Source: Thiomicrorhabdus sp. (GTDB taxonomy: Bacteria > Pseudomonadota > Gammaproteobacteria > Thiomicrospirales > Thiomicrospiraceae). Taken from it: a stretch of 48,551 nt of DNA. The stretch is taken from contig JAMOLY010000035.1 in the NCBI GenBank assembly GCA_027068835.1, positions 1 to 48,551 on the forward strand. The letters are read 5' to 3'. The notes under the pieces were generated by a model, which ran no database searches, was not told where the DNA came from, and saw only the letters and a list, made by a program, of their open reading frames with translations. This document shows, piece after piece, positions 45,366-48,551 of this stretch. A program made the translations under genes and the position numbers. Each line of letters starts with the position of its first letter. Position 1 is the first letter of the stretch.

Positions 45366-46486
45366 GTTCACTCACTCCACAGTCTTCACCACTTTCTTCC
45401 CCGTTTGCGCATAACAATCAATCAGTTCGTCGCCTTATGGTTAGGGTTCAATTGGCGGTCATCCCTGCCTTATTGGTTCACATCTACCTATTTGGCTTTG
45501 GCATTGTCATTCAGTGGCTATTGGCGTTTGCTACCTTAATGGTGGTTGAGTTCACGATGCTTAAACTCCGTAATCGACCCATTCGCCCTTTTATTACCGA
45601 CATGAGTGCCATGATTACCGCCACCGTTTTGGTCTTTTGCATCCCCGCAGGCGCACCTTGGTGGATTATTGTAAGCGGAACGGCCTTTGCTCTTATTTTT
45701 GGTAAACACATTTACGGTGGTTTAGGCTACAACCCCTTTAACCCCGCCATGTTGGGCTACGCTTTTTTATTGCTCTCCTTCCCGGTGCAAATGACACAAT
45801 GGACTGCCCCCACCGAAATCCTCGATTATGCCGTGAGCTTCAACAACAGCCTGCACTTAATCTTCACAGGCAGCCTGCCACAAGCGGCATTAGAAGCCAA
45901 CTTAACAGCCAACCTAGATATGGTCAGCGCCGCCACGCCATTAAGCCAGTTACAAACAGGGCTTACCCAAGGGCAAGGAGTCACTGAAAGCTTAACTCCC
46001 ATTGCATTAGAAGCCCAAACGCATTACCAAAATGGTTCCTTTATAAATGGCTTTTTTTACAACACCGCACAATTCTTTAGCTTAAACAGTTGGGCTTGGG
46101 TCAATGTCGCTTTTTTAATCGGCGGGCTCTGGTTACTTGCCGTCAGAGCCATTCGCTGGCAATACCCCGTTGGCTTTTTAGGCAGCTTAACCCTGATTAG
46201 CTTTATTTTTTACAGCATAGATCCCAATACCTACCCACCCGTAGATTTTATGCTGTTATCAGGCGGTACCATGCTGGCGGCCTTTTTTATTATTACCGAC
46301 CCCATCACCTCCAGCACTACCCCAAAAGGACGCTTTATTTTTGCCTGCGGTATTGGGGTTTTAGTTTACGTAATTCGTACGTGGGGTATTTTTCCAGACG
46401 GCATTACCTTTGCGGTGTTGCTCATGAACATCGCCGTGCCACTCATCGACCAGTACACACAACCCCGTGTGTATGGTCATAAATAG
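45362..46486 (+). CDS. rnfD: Rnf/Rsx complex subunit D
   Basis: GGLGYNPFNPA, ATPL (FMN-Thr), AFFIITDP, YTQPRVYG. Confidence 0.96.
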   Translation: MSSLTPQSSPLSSPFAHNNQSVRRLMVRVQLAVIPALLVHIYLFGFGIVIQWLLAFATLMVVEFTMLKLRNRPIRPFITDMSAMITATVLVFCIPAGAPWWIIVSGTAFALIFGKHIYGGLGYNPFNPAMLGYAFLLLSFPVQMTQWTAPTEILDYAVSFNNSLHLIFTGSLPQAALEANLTANLDMVSAATPLSQLQTGLTQGQGVTESLTPIALEAQTHYQNGSFINGFFYNTAQFFSLNSWAWVNVAFLIGGLWLLAVRAIRWQYPVGFLGSLTLISFIFYSIDPNTYPPVDFMLLSGGTMLAAFFIITDPITSSTTPKGRFIFACGIGVLVYVIRTWGIFPDGITFAVLLMNIAVPLIDQYTQPRVYGHK

Positions 46487-46608
46487 GATAAAAAAAGGAA
46501 GGAGATGCTGTTAAATATTTAACCCCGAAATTTTATGGCCTTGACCTCTGCTCAAAAAGCCGTATAGATAGACGCAATACCGTATACACATTCTGTTAGA
46601 ATTCCTTC

Positions 46609-48372
46609 ATGATTAAAATACCTAAAATACAACAACGCCCCGTAAACCCTAGTGTTTTTGAAGCGGCAACACAGCTTGGTCTAACGCCATTACAAGCAAA
46701 ACTCGTTGCCAGTCGAATGGATGATACCACGCATTTAGAAAAAATCATTTTCCCCAAACTCAAACACATTCAACACCCCAATGATTTAAAAAATGCCACA
46801 CAAGCCGCACAACTCATCGTGCAAGCCATTCAAAGCAACGGCGTGATTGTCCTCGCTACCGATTATGACACCGATGGTGTTACCTCTGCATGGGTCGCCA
46901 AAACCGCACTAGTCAACTATTTTGGTGTCCCCAATGATCGAGTGGTTCATATTATTGGTGAACGCAAACAGGGCTATGGCATTACCGATGAAGTGGTCGA
47001 TCGCATTTTAGACATCCCTAAACCCATTTCACTCGTTATTTCCGCCGATCAAGGTTCCAGTGATGAACCCCGTATTGCCCGATTAAAAGAGTCAGGAATT
47101 AACGTTTGCATTACCGACCATCACCAACTGCCACAAGAGGGGGTTCCATCCAGTGCCGCCTGCACCGTCAACCCACAGCAAGCGGGCTGTAAATACGACA
47201 AAACCGTTGCGGGCTGTTATGTCATATTTATTGTTATGACACAGGTTAGACAAGCACTCATTGAAGCAAGTCATCTCCCCAAAGAGTCCCCTACCCTAAA
47301 AGCGCTAAGCATGAACGTAGCTCTCGGAACGGTTGCCGATAGCGTCAGCCTAAAAAGTCCAAATAATCGTGCTATTGTGCAAGCAGGGTTGCATTTTATT
47401 AATCAATTTAAATCCCCCGCTTGGCAAGCGATGCAACAACTAAACGACAACAACAAACAGCCGTACGACGCTGAGTTCTTAGGTTTTCAAGTTGCCACCC
47501 GTATCAATGCCGCCAGCCGAGTCAGTGATGTTACCACGGCTTTTAACTTTTTAACCGCCGCCAGCCCACAACAAGCTCAACAGCACTTAGAACAACTCGA
47601 TGCCGACAACTTAAATCGTCGCAGCCAACAAGACGGTATGCTAACCCAAGCCAAGGCCATTGCAGAACAACGCTATCACCCTAATAAATACACCCTAACC
47701 GTTCGAATGCAAGGCAATGCGGGCATTCAAGGCATTATTGCTTCTCGTATTGGCGAACAGTATGGCCTACCCACTATTGCCATGACCGACTTAGAAGATG
47801 GCTTTATTGCTGGCAGTGGCCGTGGCATTGTGCCTAGTATTGATCTACGCGAAGCGTTTCAATGGATGGCCGATCAACACCCAAACCTATTTGTTTCCAT
47901 GGGCGGCCATGCGGGAGCGGCAGGCTGCATGATTCCCGAACAACATTTTGACACTTTTGAAGCACTTTTTGAACAAGCCATTCAAAACCAAATTGGTGAC
48001 GAACCCCCTACTCCCATTATAGAAACCGATGGCAGCTTAAGTGCTGAAGAGCTGTGCCCACAACTCATTGACGAAATCAACCTATTAGAACCCTACGGCA
48101 GAGAGTGGCCTAAACCTTTGTTTTCAGGTAACTTTACCATTAAAGAAATCCGAGCCGTTGGGCAAACCAAAACCCATCTTTCATTTAAACTACAAGGCGA
48201 ACAGCAACAAATACTTTCTGCCATTTACTTTAATGCTAAACCCTCCAAGGAAAGCCCCGATCCATTTCAAAAAGGCGACAATATTCACTGTGTTTACCAA
48301 CCCAATCTCAACACTTATTATGGGCGAACCACCTTGCAACTTCGATTGGTTACGGCACAAAAAGTTTTATAA
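46609..48372 (+). CDS. recJ: single-stranded DNA exonuclease RecJ
   Basis: DYDTDG, TDHH, LGTVAD, RINAASR, GGHAGAAG, LEPYG. Confidence 0.92.
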   Translation: MIKIPKIQQRPVNPSVFEAATQLGLTPLQAKLVASRMDDTTHLEKIIFPKLKHIQHPNDLKNATQAAQLIVQAIQSNGVIVLATDYDTDGVTSAWVAKTALVNYFGVPNDRVVHIIGERKQGYGITDEVVDRILDIPKPISLVISADQGSSDEPRIARLKESGINVCITDHHQLPQEGVPSSAACTVNPQQAGCKYDKTVAGCYVIFIVMTQVRQALIEASHLPKESPTLKALSMNVALGTVADSVSLKSPNNRAIVQAGLHFINQFKSPAWQAMQQLNDNNKQPYDAEFLGFQVATRINAASRVSDVTTAFNFLTAASPQQAQQHLEQLDADNLNRRSQQDGMLTQAKAIAEQRYHPNKYTLTVRMQGNAGIQGIIASRIGEQYGLPTIAMTDLEDGFIAGSGRGIVPSIDLREAFQWMADQHPNLFVSMGGHAGAAGCMIPEQHFDTFEALFEQAIQNQIGDEPPTPIIETDGSLSAEELCPQLIDEINLLEPYGREWPKPLFSGNFTIKEIRAVGQTKTHLSFKLQGEQQQILSAIYFNAKPSKESPDPFQKGDNIHCVYQPNLNTYYGRTTLQLRLVTAQKVL

Positions 48373-48460
48373 TTTCTCATCCTGCTAGATAACGATACCA
48401 ATTATAGAGTAAGGTGGTAGAATTTAACTCAATTTTAGAATTTCAAAGACTTTAATAAAA

Positions 48461-48551
48461 ATGATGAAACACAGACTCGCTGTGGCAGCCAATATTTTAA
48501 ACCAAGTAAACTTACCTAGCATTTCAACCGAAGTGGCACGACTGCAAGATG
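48461..48551 (+). CDS. 5' fragment of a probable HDOD-domain protein (runs off window)
   Basis: MMKHRLAVAANILNQVNLPSISTEVARLQD; the LP..S..V..L pattern resembles an HDOD start. Confidence 0.45.
   Translation, partial: MMKHRLAVAANILNQVNLPSISTEVARLQD

Overview
Mostly core chromosome of a gammaproteobacterium. The gene set and the McdB-like protein suggest a carboxysome-bearing sulfur chemolithoautotroph, probably Thiomicrorhabdus/Thiomicrospira/Hydrogenovibrio-like (inference). Gene order: hipBA toxin-antitoxin (hipA truncated at the left edge and absent from the ORF track); lepA-lepB-rnc-era-recO-pdxJ-acpS; cinA-recA-recX-alaS-lysC; a soluble PAS chemoreceptor; mutS; a Cache-GGDEF cyclase; rimP-nusA-infB-rbfA-truB-(rhodanese/methyltransferase)-(cNMP protein)-rpsO; zipA-ligA-yjgA-acs; an FGGY kinase plus HopJ; an orphan mcdAB-like carboxysome-positioning pair; apbC; STAS; metG; rnfABCD; recJ. 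The most striking unexplained signal is a dispersed, asymmetric DNA motif, A-G(8-12)-AT-rich tail. I count 18 copies with >=8 G/C by eye, where fewer than 1 is expected. Copies occur on both strands, half lie in frame inside conserved genes, and several form head-to-head inverted pairs, one inside recX. This distribution resembles DNA uptake sequences. No rRNA, tRNA, CRISPR or transposase was seen.
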